This document shows positions 30,301-39,683 of a stretch of 64,000 bases of DNA, piece after piece. The translations under genes were made by a program, and so were the position numbers. Location: NCBI GenBank assembly GCA_000004985.1, contig GG738859.1. One strand, written 5' to 3'. This DNA comes from Naegleria gruberi. Lineage: Eukaryota. Below the pieces are notes generated by a model, which was not told where the DNA came from, did no database searches, and was given only the letters and a program-made list of their open reading frames with translations. Within the stretch, counting starts at the first letter, position 1; each line of letters opens with the position of its first letter.

Positions 30301-33279
30301 AACTACTACTGGAACAAGAATAGGAGTAAGATTGAGTGGATTAGTAGTAGCTGCTTGTTCTGCCTTCTTTGGTTCATTGAATTGAGTTGCTGAACGATCT
30401 CTTTCACCGGTAACATTTGAGGTTGCTAAAACGGTTGTAGTTGGACTAATGAAAGTTCTTCCTCTAGATCTGAGAACACTCTCCTTTCTCTTCTTTGTCT
30501 CTGCATCATCGTTCTTTTCGTTCAGAAGGGATTCCAATAAATCGTCGTCATTGAGATATTTCTGCATGTTGGTTTCTGGAATTGGAACTGAAAATTTCTT
30601 TTCAGGAGGGGTTGAATTTGCTTCTGGTTGTTTAACAGTATCCTTTCTTCTAATTATATTAATGGTAGCTCTCTTATTTATCATGGAGCCGACAGCATCT
30701 CCAGCTGTCTTTTCCAACTCTGATCTCAAAAAGACTCCCTTATTTCTCTTTCTATTACTGTTGATATTTTGAATTTCTTCATCTGAGATTTTGAGTGAGG
30801 TTTCATTCTCTACCTTTTCTAATTCTTTCAATTCGGCAATTTTAGCTGAATAGTGTTGCTTAATATTTCTGTGTCTCTTTTGGATTCTACTTCTCTTGTC
30901 AGAGTCGCTGGCACTATCTGATTTTTCTTGCTCTCCATACTTGAAAATTGATTGATTGACCACCAAGGAAACATTCAAGAAATCACTTCTTGGTTCCAAA
31001 TTCAAAGATTTGGCAATCAGAGCATCGCTTCCATATTTAGTTCCCTTTGCCTTGATAAATGAAAGTCCTCCCACTTCAGTAGCTCCATACTTTTCAAAGT
31101 TTGGAGTGTCTGCAATACCAAACACTGGATGGACTTCAAGAACTGGCATTTGTTTGTTGCCCAATCTTGAAATTCTTTTCAAGTCCATACTTGCGAAAAA
31201 GTCCTGTTGATGATTTTTAGCTCTAGGGGTTGCTGCAACCATGTCTTCACTAGAGGAGGGATCACTCTTCTTCTTTATCTTTCCAAGTAAAAAGTCGCTG
31301 AGACTATTCATGGCCTTGTTTTGTGAAGAATTCTTCTTGAGCTTGTTCATAAAATCTTCCAATTCTTGCTTGTCCTTATTTTGAGTTGTCTTCTTGATTT
31401 GTTCAGTGAGGTTTTGCTTTGGTGTCAGAGTAATTTGTTGGTTCTTTTCATCGAGATAGCCCATTTCATTTAGTAAACTTAACCACTTAGTACCACCATC
31501 ATTTCTCAATTGGCCTAAGAGTTCAATAACCTTTGTTGACCTTTCTTCAAGTTCTGGAAATTCTTCCTTGACTTTCTTTGCATCTTCTTCTGGATTGGAT
31601 TGAACTTTTGACGGAGCATTCTTTGAATATTCAGGAATTTCATTGAAAACTCTTTTCTTTTTCTTTTTAGATTTCTTATTCTTTCCTTCCTTCTTTTTCT
31701 TCTTCTTTTCCTCTTTAACTTGTTTGACTTCTTCTTGGATGAGTGATTTGGAACTGCTACTCTTCTTGATTTGTTTTCTCAAATCCACAAAGTTATCATT
31801 TTCAATATCAGCATCACTACCATCAGTGTCACTCATACTGCCATTTTGCGAACTGGTATCAGTGGCTGTTGAAGAACCTGTTTGTGAGAGATTGAGAATA
31901 TCCATGATGTCCTTCTTCAGATATTTGACACCATCTAGAACAAATTCTTCACTAATATTTCTTCTGAAATAGGACAGAATAGTTCTGTGGTAATTTCCAT
32001 ATCTACAAATTTCCATGTTACCACTCAGTTGAAGATCATGAAGCTTGTTGAAAAATTGCAATTGCTTGATTTCTTGCCATGCCGTTAATTGATTAGATCT
32101 AAGATTGATCCGTTTAAGATGAGAACTAGAATTGGCTGTTATTCTCCTAAGATTTTCAGCAACATCTTGATTGAGTTGGTTATTCTCCAAGTTAATTATT
32201 TCTAATTTAGGGCAAACAACACCATGGAATGAATCTAAGCTTTCCAATTCATTGAATGCCAAGTTGAGTTCGATTAAATTTGGTAAATTAATAGTGATAC
32301 AATTCTTTTCCTCTGTGTCTTTCTTCCTTAAAATAGTGTGTAAATTGTTGTGTGAAAGATTTAAAACCATCAAATGGCTCAACACGAAATGCTTTCCCAC
32401 ATCATTGAAAGCATCAAAAATTGAAATTTCCAAATTGGTATTTTTCAAAATGAAAACCTTCAACTTGTTCACTAACAAATCAATAAATGCTGGTTTAGAA
32501 AATATTGGTGGAACCTCTCCCTTCTTAAACCAAACATTGGAAATGTTCAAAACCTCCAAAACTTTGAAAACATCTTTCGACTTTTCGGAGAATTCATTCT
32601 TTTGTTCTCTATCATCTGGTTCCAAGAAAATATCAAACAGTAATTGCTCGTCAATACTAATCAAATTTAACACTCTCAGTGTCTCAGAAAAATCATGGAA
32701 AATATTTCTTTCAATCCTCAAAAATTGTGAATCCAAAACTGTCAATCCTTCCAAATTGATTGTCTTGAATGCTGACTCTTCTATTGAACATGTTGATATT
32801 CAAAAAATTGAATCCAATTACTTACCTGTTGTCTCATCGTTCGTAATAAATTTTCCTTTAATATACAATAATCTTGTAAAATTTGATCGAATAATCAAAT
32901 GTTTCAAGTTGTGAAAAAGTGTCAAATCAACCTCAACATCTTCAGTTTTGTTTGATTGCATTGGACCTTTCTTTGTCTTGTTTGTTTCCAATTGTAAAAC
33001 TCGAATATTCTTAAAAATGTAAATAAATCTCTCAAAATCAGTATTAGTCAACTCGGTAATAAATTCATTATCAACAATTTGCTCAACAAACCAAGAGAAG
33101 AAACTCTTTTTTTCTTTCTGTTTTCGTTTAAATTCCTTAACTCGAGCATTTAAAATTCTCAAAATTTTGTATTTCATTTTCAAAATCTTTGAATTTGGTA
33201 CTTTATGATTGACCATTCCAAATAAAGAATCATAACGAATTTTGTTCATCAAGTGATGAAAATAAATAGTACTAATCAT
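27318..33279 (-). CDS. giant (~1950 aa) protein: N-terminal leucine-rich repeats, poly-Lys tract, very long P/E/V/I/T-rich PEVK-like region, acidic C-terminus; at least 2 exons plus a frame disruption near 28030-28060
   Basis: Exon 32826..33279 (ATG 33277-33279). A 45-nt intron 32781..32825 (gtaagtaattggattcaa...gttcaatag) leads to exon 32780..~28052 (track ORF 28051..32754, whose M is TTG). LRRs: LEVLNISNV, LNLSHNNLHTIL, LNLAFNELESLDSF, INLENNQLNQ, INLRSNQLT, LQLSGN. Then KKKKKKEGKNKKSKKKKKR. Then about 900 aa of PEVK-like sequence (PEVIVPPESEIVAETENTPTESTIPEPVVVESTPVISVVDEPVKSEIVSEPEIV...). Track ORF 27318..28028 (GTG start, different frame) continues the same composition (TVPEPEPVPKQVVPEVQQEQPKP...) and is probably the C-terminus of the same gene. 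Confidence 0.5.
28052..30900 (-). repeat. low-complexity coding repeat region (PEVK-like P/E/V/I/T-rich degenerate tandem repeats) inside the giant gene
   Basis: The translation is dominated by short degenerate units (EPxV, PEVI, TPxxE, VVxS). The nucleotide sequence is a degenerate repeat of gaa/cca/gtt/att/aca codons. It generates many spurious antisense ORFs in the track (e.g. 27998..28363, 28321..28683, 30161..30385). Confidence 0.5.
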
Positions 33280-33435
33280 TGGCAGGAGTGGATTTTCATC
33301 GAGTGCAAACGGTGATTTGTCTTGTTAATATTTCAAATCATCATTTCAATAAAATCATCATCACACCATGTAAAAACAGTTGTGTTGTTATAATAATTTT
33401 GTTGTTTTTTGATAATTAGAGACATTAAAAACAAA

Positions 33436-33846
33436 CTACCTACTTTCTTCAATGTATGCTCCGTTGCTTTGTAAATACTTTTCAACCCATTCCGAATGAA
33501 TTTTCTTCCTCCTTTCCCACCATCTTTCAATTATTGATTTTTCCACTTCCAAAGTTTCCTTTCTAGAATTTGTTAAATTATTGTTGCTGTTGTTATCGGT
33601 GGGATTTGTTTGGTTATTATCATAATCATTCATTAGAAAGGGGTCCACACCACAAACTGTCAAAAAATCATTAGTGATTCGGAGAGGTTCTTTCGTATTA
33701 TTATTTGAAGGTGTGGTATAGGGATATAGGTGAGTCACATTCATGAATTGATGAGCACGAGTAAGTAGTTTTTCACCGTGCTCTATTAGATAGAGTGAAA
33801 AAAGTTTTAGGATGTCTTCTGCATCCACGGCTTTGGCAGATGACAT
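33436..33846 (-). CDS. 136-aa ORF (N-rich, WW..ERRKK); either a separate small gene or a 5' exon of the downstream giant gene
   Basis: ATG 33844-33846. It ends ...AYIEESR-TAG, where GAAGAAA|gtaggtag is a possible phase-1 donor. An acceptor ...attaacaag|AC... 40 nt before the giant gene's ATG would be in frame (N-K-S-P-F-A-L-D-E-N-P-L-L-P-M-I-S...). The implied intron is ~124 nt, longer than the others. Confidence 0.3.
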   Translation of the reverse strand: MSSAKAVDAEDILKLFSLYLIEHGEKLLTRAHQFMNVTHLYPYTTPSNNNTKEPLRITNDFLTVCGVDPFLMNDYDNNQTNPTDNNSNNNLTNSRKETLEVEKSIIERWWERRKKIHSEWVEKYLQSNGAYIEESR

Positions 33847-34111
33847 TTTTTTTGATTATTATAATTATGTTTGATTAGGATGCTTGATATTTCAGAATCG
33901 GTGTAACGAAACTATCATAAATCAACACCAATGTTTTTTATCTTTCTCCATTACTAAGTACTTGATGGAAATCTAAATATCGAGTTCACAAAGATTGATC
34001 TCCCATTTTCATTCAAATGAACACAGATAATGTCAAGATAATTTCATTCTTCATTCCAAAAGAAAGAAAATGCATTTTCTTTACAGAAATAATTTAGTTT
34101 ATATTTACAAG

Positions 34112-35467
34112 TTAATGGTGGTTAATATCTTTACATTTAGAACAGAGGCAGTGAACTGGACCAATATGTTTAGCAATACAGAGGTCAGCTGGGTGAGACT
34201 TTCTTGATTCCAAATAATCATTTACAAAGTCTTCAATCTTTTGCTTACTGACATTAGGCATGACAATACAGTGAGCAACAGTTCCTTCACAGGCAAGTTG
34301 CCACTTCTTGACAAATTCCTCATCCATTGGTCGTTCCAAAACAATTGTATTTGAGTGATCGTTCAATAAGCATCCAACTCCGGCTTCTTTCAATAATTTG
34401 ATCATGTACTTGGCATTTTCTAAACACTTTCTGGCATCTGAGGCAAATCCTTCAGTTCCCTTCTTTCTCAAAGTCAACCACAAGTATAAAGAAGCTTGTC
34501 CATTTCTTGAACCCATGATAGTGGTATCAACACTGTTAAGATAATCAATGTGACTCTTCAATGTTTCAACATATCTCTTTCTAGTAATTGTGACACCACA
34601 TGGCATTGGACAACCCATAAATTTGTGACCAGAAACTGAAATTGAACCAATTGGCTTGGTAAAGTTAACTTCGAGAGCTTCTTCAATAAATGGCAAAATC
34701 AAAGCAAACAATGCACCATCACAGTGAATGAAGAATTCATCTTCAGTGTATCCAGTTCTCTTGAAAATTTCCAAAATTGTATCCAAGTTATCAACTGCAC
34801 CTTTAACAGTTGTACCAATGTTAACGTTCATAACAATTGGTCTCTTCTTCTTTCCGATAGATAAATCTTCAGTTTCAACTCTATTCTTAATCAATTCTTG
34901 TTCAAAGATTGCATAATCAATTTCACCAGTGAAAAGTGTTGGAACTCTAATTTCTGGCATTCTGTACAATTTGGCAGCCTTAGATACAGAGTAGTGAGAT
35001 TCACGTGAGGAAACCAAAACAGCATCTGGGAATTGTTCTCTACCTAACAAGATACCATACAAATTACCTTCTGTTCCACAATTTGTGACATATCCCCAAT
35101 ATTCATCATGGCTCCAATTCTTGGTATTGTCCTTATCTTCACATGGACCAATTTTCCACAACTTGGCAAAGAATTCCAAAACAGATTGTTCAAAAGCTCT
35201 AGAGTGAACACCATAATTTGATTCAACAAAAGGATCACCCAAATTGTTAACTGAATAACGTAAGAATGGTGACAATTCTTCATGATTATAACTCAAATTG
35301 TAAGGATAACCAAAGTGGTGATAGGTTCTTTCTTCAATATGTTTCTTATATTGATCGAGAATATCTTGTGTTGAGAGATTTTCATTTATGACAAAGTTGA
35401 AATTCTTATCAACGATTTGTGGACCATTGGTTGAAGTGCTATTACTGTTAGTTGTTGTTGATTCCAT
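34112..35467 (-). CDS. PLP-dependent group II decarboxylase of the serine decarboxylase / bacterial-type histidine decarboxylase subfamily
   Basis: ATG 35465-35467; single exon of 451 aa. HFGYPYNLSYNHEELSPFLRYSVNNLGDPF...GYVTNCGTEGNLYGILLGRE...ISVSGHKFMGCPMPCGVTITRKRYVE (PLP-Lys in S-G-HK-F). The overall layout matches plant SDC and Gram-negative HDC rather than animal DDC/HDC. Confidence 0.8.
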   Translation of the reverse strand: MESTTTNSNSTSTNGPQIVDKNFNFVINENLSTQDILDQYKKHIEERTYHHFGYPYNLSYNHEELSPFLRYSVNNLGDPFVESNYGVHSRAFEQSVLEFFAKLWKIGPCEDKDNTKNWSHDEYWGYVTNCGTEGNLYGILLGREQFPDAVLVSSRESHYSVSKAAKLYRMPEIRVPTLFTGEIDYAIFEQELIKNRVETEDLSIGKKKRPIVMNVNIGTTVKGAVDNLDTILEIFKRTGYTEDEFFIHCDGALFALILPFIEEALEVNFTKPIGSISVSGHKFMGCPMPCGVTITRKRYVETLKSHIDYLNSVDTTIMGSRNGQASLYLWLTLRKKGTEGFASDARKCLENAKYMIKLLKEAGVGCLLNDHSNTIVLERPMDEEFVKKWQLACEGTVAHCIVMPNVSKQKIEDFVNDYLESRKSHPADLCIAKHIGPVHCLCSKCKDINHH

Positions 35468-36444
35468 CTTGTTGTGTTTAGTTAAAAAAGACAGTAAGTA
35501 GCAAAGAGAGAGGTTGAGTGTGGAGTTGTTTTTTTGTGCTTGGAAAATGTTGTGGCACAGATGTACGTCGATTTAAATTGAAGGGTCCTATTCTCAATAG
35601 AATCATTATTGAATGCTCATCATTATATTTAAATCGTCATGATGCTGGTCGCCACTGATGATTCATCAGCACAATAATATTCCTTCATCACAAGTGACGC
35701 ACTAATGATGAAAGGAAGAGCAAATGAAGAGAGAGGAGAATTTTCATCTTTTCAAAATTGAATTGAACCAATTATTCTACACAATTATTAACCACCTCAA
35801 ATGAGCGTTAAAATAAACCTTGGCAAAAACTCAGCAAAAGCGCGAACCGTAGATGTATGTGCTACTATAAATGCTCAACAAGTAATGGCGCCAACTTGAG
35901 CGCACGTCTCTGATGCTTATACCCGTACAGAATGTTCACAGGAAAATTATCAAAAGGAACCAAGGTTTCAAATTTGAACCATCAAAACATGGGAAGAGAA
36001 TGTTACTGGAATGATTTATATGGTTGTATCAGGTTTGATTTTGTTGACCATTTGGTCTTTCTGTTTCGTATCAGTTTCTAACAATTATAAAATCCTTAAG
36101 CACCTTGTTGAGTAAAGATAACAAGAAGATATTGTTAAAAGTGTGGTCAGCACTTACATATTTGGTGATGGAAACTGTGAACCAATTTTTCCAATGAAGA
36201 TTCATAACTTGCCACATCATGAAGCAAAGATATCATTAGGAAGATATTGATCATCTATTACAAATTGACTGAATATCTGTAATCTCCGTTGAGAATTGAA
36301 ACTTTACAATTTTATTGAGATGTCTGATCTACAGAAATTTCGTCAAACTACAGAAATAATTAAGATAACCATTCTAATACCAGATTTAAATAGAATTACA
36401 ATCAAGTCAGGTGTCATCAGTCCAATTATAATATTCAAAAAAAA

Positions 36445-36993
36445 ATGAACGTAAGATCAATCTTGACTGTCCTCGTTGTGTTGCTCGTCGCCGTATGCTA
36501 CTTGCATGGTGTCACTGCCATCAAACCACAAGCCAAAATGGCAGGTGTCAAGGAATTGAACAGAAATAACTTTAAATCATTTGTTAAGAATAATGAAAAT
36601 ATTCTTGTTGAATTCTATGCTCCAGTATGTTATCAAAAATTATTCGGATGAAAATTCTAAATATCTTGTTGTTATTACACTTTCAATATTTCTAATATTT
36701 TATTGGAATACAAATATTCGAAATTTGATATTTGATGAAACTAATACAAATAGTGGTGTTATTATTCTAAGGAATTCGCTAATGAAATGAAGAAGCTCGG
36801 TAAGATGAAATTGTCAGGTGTCAAGGTTGCCAAGATCAATGGTGACAAGTTCTCTGGTATTGCCAGAAAGTACAAGGTTGATGGTTTCCCATCTATTTTG
36901 TTGATCAAGAATGGTGAAGCTGTTGAATACAAGGGTGTTCAAAACACTGCTAGAAAGGTCAGACAATTCGTCAAGAAGAATATTTCTGCTTAA
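36445..36993 (+). CDS. secreted/ER thioredoxin-fold (PDI-like) protein with CxxS active site (WCYYS); 2 exons (36445..36624, 36754..36993), 129-nt intron
   Basis: Signal peptide MNVRSILTVLVVLLVAVCYLHGVTA. Exon 1 ends ...NILVEFYAP. The intron gtatgttatc...aactaatacaaatag splits the active-site motif. Exon 2 begins WCYYSKEFANEMKKLG...VDGFPSILLIKNGEAVEYKG. This matches the Trx/PDI a-domain (EFYAPWCGHCK...GFPTI) with the second Cys replaced by Ser. Confidence 0.65.
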
Positions 36994-37125
36994 ATAAATT
37001 CTTCTCTATGTCTACCTTTGAACTCAGTTATACACCCGATGAATCATTGTTTTATTTCAATGAAAAAGAATAATTACATTTAAATTTACATTCAAAAAGG
37101 TTAAATTCATCTACTAACTCGAGAA

Positions 37126-37198
37126 GCCGACATAGCTCAGTTGGGAGAGCGTAAGACTGAAGATCTTAAGGTCCCTGGTTCGATCCCTGGTGTCGGCA
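37126..37198 (+). tRNA. tRNA-Phe (anticodon GAA), 73 nt, no intron
   Basis: GCCGACATAGCTCAGTTGGGAGAGCGTAAGACTGAAGATCTTAAGGTCCCTGGTTCGATCCCTGGTGTCGGCA. It folds as a cloverleaf and is near-identical to metazoan-type tRNA-Phe (recalled from memory). There is one U-U mismatch in the T stem. A TTTT terminator lies 3-6 nt downstream. Confidence 0.9.
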
Positions 37199-37271
37199 AA
37201 TTTTAACACCCAAAACTTTTAATTCAAGTTAAAATAAATTTATTCAATCAATTTTTGTAAATAAAAGAAAA

Positions 37272-38207
37272 ATGAGTGACAACAATCACAGCCAGCAGGA
37301 GGAATTTGCCAACAATATCCAACATCAACCGGATATCATTCAACAACAACAGCAACCAAACAATAACTTTTCCAACGATGTACCATCATCATCATCATCA
37401 GGGTCATCGGATTTTTACATAAATAATTCTTCATCACCAATGCAGGACAATATGTTCATGGATAATTCATCATCATCATTTAATATGAATTATATGCCAC
37501 CTTCTTTTAATAATCAATTTAATCCGAATCAAATATATAATCAAGCTGCTAATCAATTTTCGCCACAACCAAATAATAATATGAATTTTATGAATCCAAC
37601 AGTTTATGCTCCACCAATGAATCAAAATCCACAAACATTACAGGAAATGATTGAACAAAAAAGTAATTATATTCCACCAGAGAAACGAGTTGTCAGACCA
37701 TTACCATTATCTCCATTCATGGAAGGATTTGATTCAATGGAACAAATTCAAAAACAATTGGCTATTAAGAAAGCTATTGAAACAATGACTGAATCATGTG
37801 TTTCTAAATCTGCTTTTGCAGCTGTTGCTGGTACAGTTTTGGGAGGTGCTTTTGGTATTATTAGTGCCAGTTTTACACTTGAAAATACATATATGAAAAC
37901 TCCACAACAAATTATTCGTGAAGAATCAATGACAGGAAGGGAGAAAGTGAGAGAATACTTTAGAGAAACAAAGAATAGATGTGTCAGTATGGGTAAATCA
38001 TTTGGTGCTGTTGGTGCTTTATATAGTTTCTTTGAATGTAGTTTGGAGAAGGTGAGAGGTAAGAAAGATGTTAAGGGAAGTTTAATGGCTGGTTGCATTT
38101 CTGGTGCTGTTCTGGCTAGAAAAGCTGGTATTGGTCCAATGATTTTAGGTTGTGCTACATTCAGTGCTTTCAGTGGTGCTATTGATTATTACACTGAATA
38201 TACTTAA
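37272..38207 (+). CDS. Tim17/Tim22/Tim23-family mitochondrial inner-membrane translocase subunit (Tim23-like, with N/Q-rich N-terminal extension)
   Basis: ATG 37272. The N-terminal ~170 aa are N/Q/S/P-rich (QQQQQPNNNFSN...NQFNPNQIYNQAANQFSPQPNNNMNF). The C-terminal 4-TM core carries GxxxG-type motifs: FAAVAGTVLGGAFGIISASF, GKSFGAVGALYSFFECSLEKVRG, GSLMAGCISGAVLARKAGIGPMILGCATFSAFSGAIDYY. Confidence 0.65.
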   Translation: MSDNNHSQQEEFANNIQHQPDIIQQQQQPNNNFSNDVPSSSSSGSSDFYINNSSSPMQDNMFMDNSSSSFNMNYMPPSFNNQFNPNQIYNQAANQFSPQPNNNMNFMNPTVYAPPMNQNPQTLQEMIEQKSNYIPPEKRVVRPLPLSPFMEGFDSMEQIQKQLAIKKAIETMTESCVSKSAFAAVAGTVLGGAFGIISASFTLENTYMKTPQQIIREESMTGREKVREYFRETKNRCVSMGKSFGAVGALYSFFECSLEKVRGKKDVKGSLMAGCISGAVLARKAGIGPMILGCATFSAFSGAIDYYTEYT

Positions 38208-38372
38208 TTAGTAAAAAGAGTTTAAATTTTGTTTCACTTTGGACTTGAAAGATTATTTTGGTGCATTTTCATAAATAAGCACTCTGCTGAGTTCCACAAA
38301 CAACTTTATCAATAAGGTTTACTTGTTTCCTTTCGCTACTTTTTTGAGAGAATTCAAATCAGCTAAAAAAAT

Positions 38373-39050
38373 ATGATACACGAAAGTCCAACATATTCAA
38401 ACGATTCCTCACCAAGTGCTCTAGTGTTGGCTGATTCACAATTTAGTTCCTCCCCAATTGAAACAGAAGAGGAAAAGTACATTCAACAGCAATACATTAA
38501 TAGGAAACTGAAAAAAGAAGGAATAACAACAGGTAATCAATTTCTTTCTAGATTTTCAGAGAAACACTCAACGCAACAATGTCTATTAGGTTGCATTATC
38601 ACATCAGGATTGATTTGCTTTTCCTTGTTTTGCATGGGAATTGTCCTATTGTTCATTTTCAGTGTTGTTTCGTTTACAATAATCGATTATGGAAATTACA
38701 ATTTTCAAAAAACATGTTCAGTGTTGGATATTTCATGTAATGATAGTCAACTGTGTAGAGGAATTTTGTCGTACGGAGGAAAGAATTATACAAGTCAGGA
38801 TGAATATCCACTCGATTGTAATGTTTGGAAAGAAGTAAGAAAGGGAATTTCAGTACCATGTTATTTTAACAAGGCAGAAAAGCTGTCAATGCTCTATCCA
38901 CTAGTTGTCTTTGATGATTGGTCACTGCTTATTTCCTCCTCCTCATTGATGGTATTGGTTCCAATAAGTGGTCTGATATGTGCAATCCTCATGATTTGTT
39001 CAGTGAAACATGGAAATGTGTGGGGTAAAAATAGCAAGATAAACAGGTAG
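38373..39050 (+). CDS. hypothetical membrane protein (225 aa, 2 predicted TM helices, Cys-rich loop)
   Basis: ATG-initiated ORF. Hydrophobic stretches LLGCIITSGLICFSLFCMGIVLLFIFSVVSFTII and LISSSSLMVLVPISGLICAILMI. No family recognised. Confidence 0.35.
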   Translation: MIHESPTYSNDSSPSALVLADSQFSSSPIETEEEKYIQQQYINRKLKKEGITTGNQFLSRFSEKHSTQQCLLGCIITSGLICFSLFCMGIVLLFIFSVVSFTIIDYGNYNFQKTCSVLDISCNDSQLCRGILSYGGKNYTSQDEYPLDCNVWKEVRKGISVPCYFNKAEKLSMLYPLVVFDDWSLLISSSSLMVLVPISGLICAILMICSVKHGNVWGKNSKINR

Positions 39051-39137
39051 TGATTGGTTCATCCACCTTCTGAGAAGATTATTTCCAATAAGAATTAAAT
39101 CTTGAATATTTTGAATTTGTGTGTATATTTACAAAGA

Positions 39138-39638
39138 TTAATTAACATAGTCCATCAAATCATCATTATCAGCTGTTACATCAACGTGTTCCTGTAACGT
39201 TTCAGCATTTACATGTTGCACCTTTGTTGGAACAACAGGAGAATATGTTAATACTTCATCATCCAAATCCAAGACATCATCTTCATCATCGTCATGTCTC
39301 TCAGGTTCTTTAATTCCTAATTTTCTCCTTATATCACCTAAAGCCTTTGTAATAAATTCCAAATCACTTTTCATTTCCTTCATCATGAATTGATGAATTT
39401 GAAAATCCTTTTGAATATTTGGCAACTCTATCGAGCATTTATCATTAATTTGTTGTAATTGTTCATTGGTATGTTTCATAGCCTTGACAGCTTCTACTTG
39501 CTTAGCATGAATTTGTTGCATATCTGTTGGGTGAAGAGCAGCATTCATAATACTGTCCACAAATAATTTACTTGTCGATGACGATTGTTGTTGCTGATCA
39601 ACTTGTTCCGAAGTTGATGAAGATAATATTTGACTCAT
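39138..39638 (-). CDS. small coiled-coil protein, KxDL-motif (KXD1/BORCS4-like) candidate
   Basis: ATG 39636-39638; 166 aa. IMNAALHPTDMQQIHAKQVEAVKAMKHTNEQLQQINDK...QFMMKEMKSDLEFITKALGDIRRKLG contains a KxDL motif (KSDL). Its helical layout resembles the KXD1 family, but the assignment is from memory and tentative. The acidic C-terminus is DDDEDDVLDLDDE. Confidence 0.4.
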   Translation of the reverse strand: MSQILSSSTSEQVDQQQQSSSTSKLFVDSIMNAALHPTDMQQIHAKQVEAVKAMKHTNEQLQQINDKCSIELPNIQKDFQIHQFMMKEMKSDLEFITKALGDIRRKLGIKEPERHDDDEDDVLDLDDEVLTYSPVVPTKVQHVNAETLQEHVDVTADNDDLMDYVN

Positions 39639-39683
39639 TTTTTAAAATTAGATTTTTTGAATTATTTTGAAATTATTTTTTAT

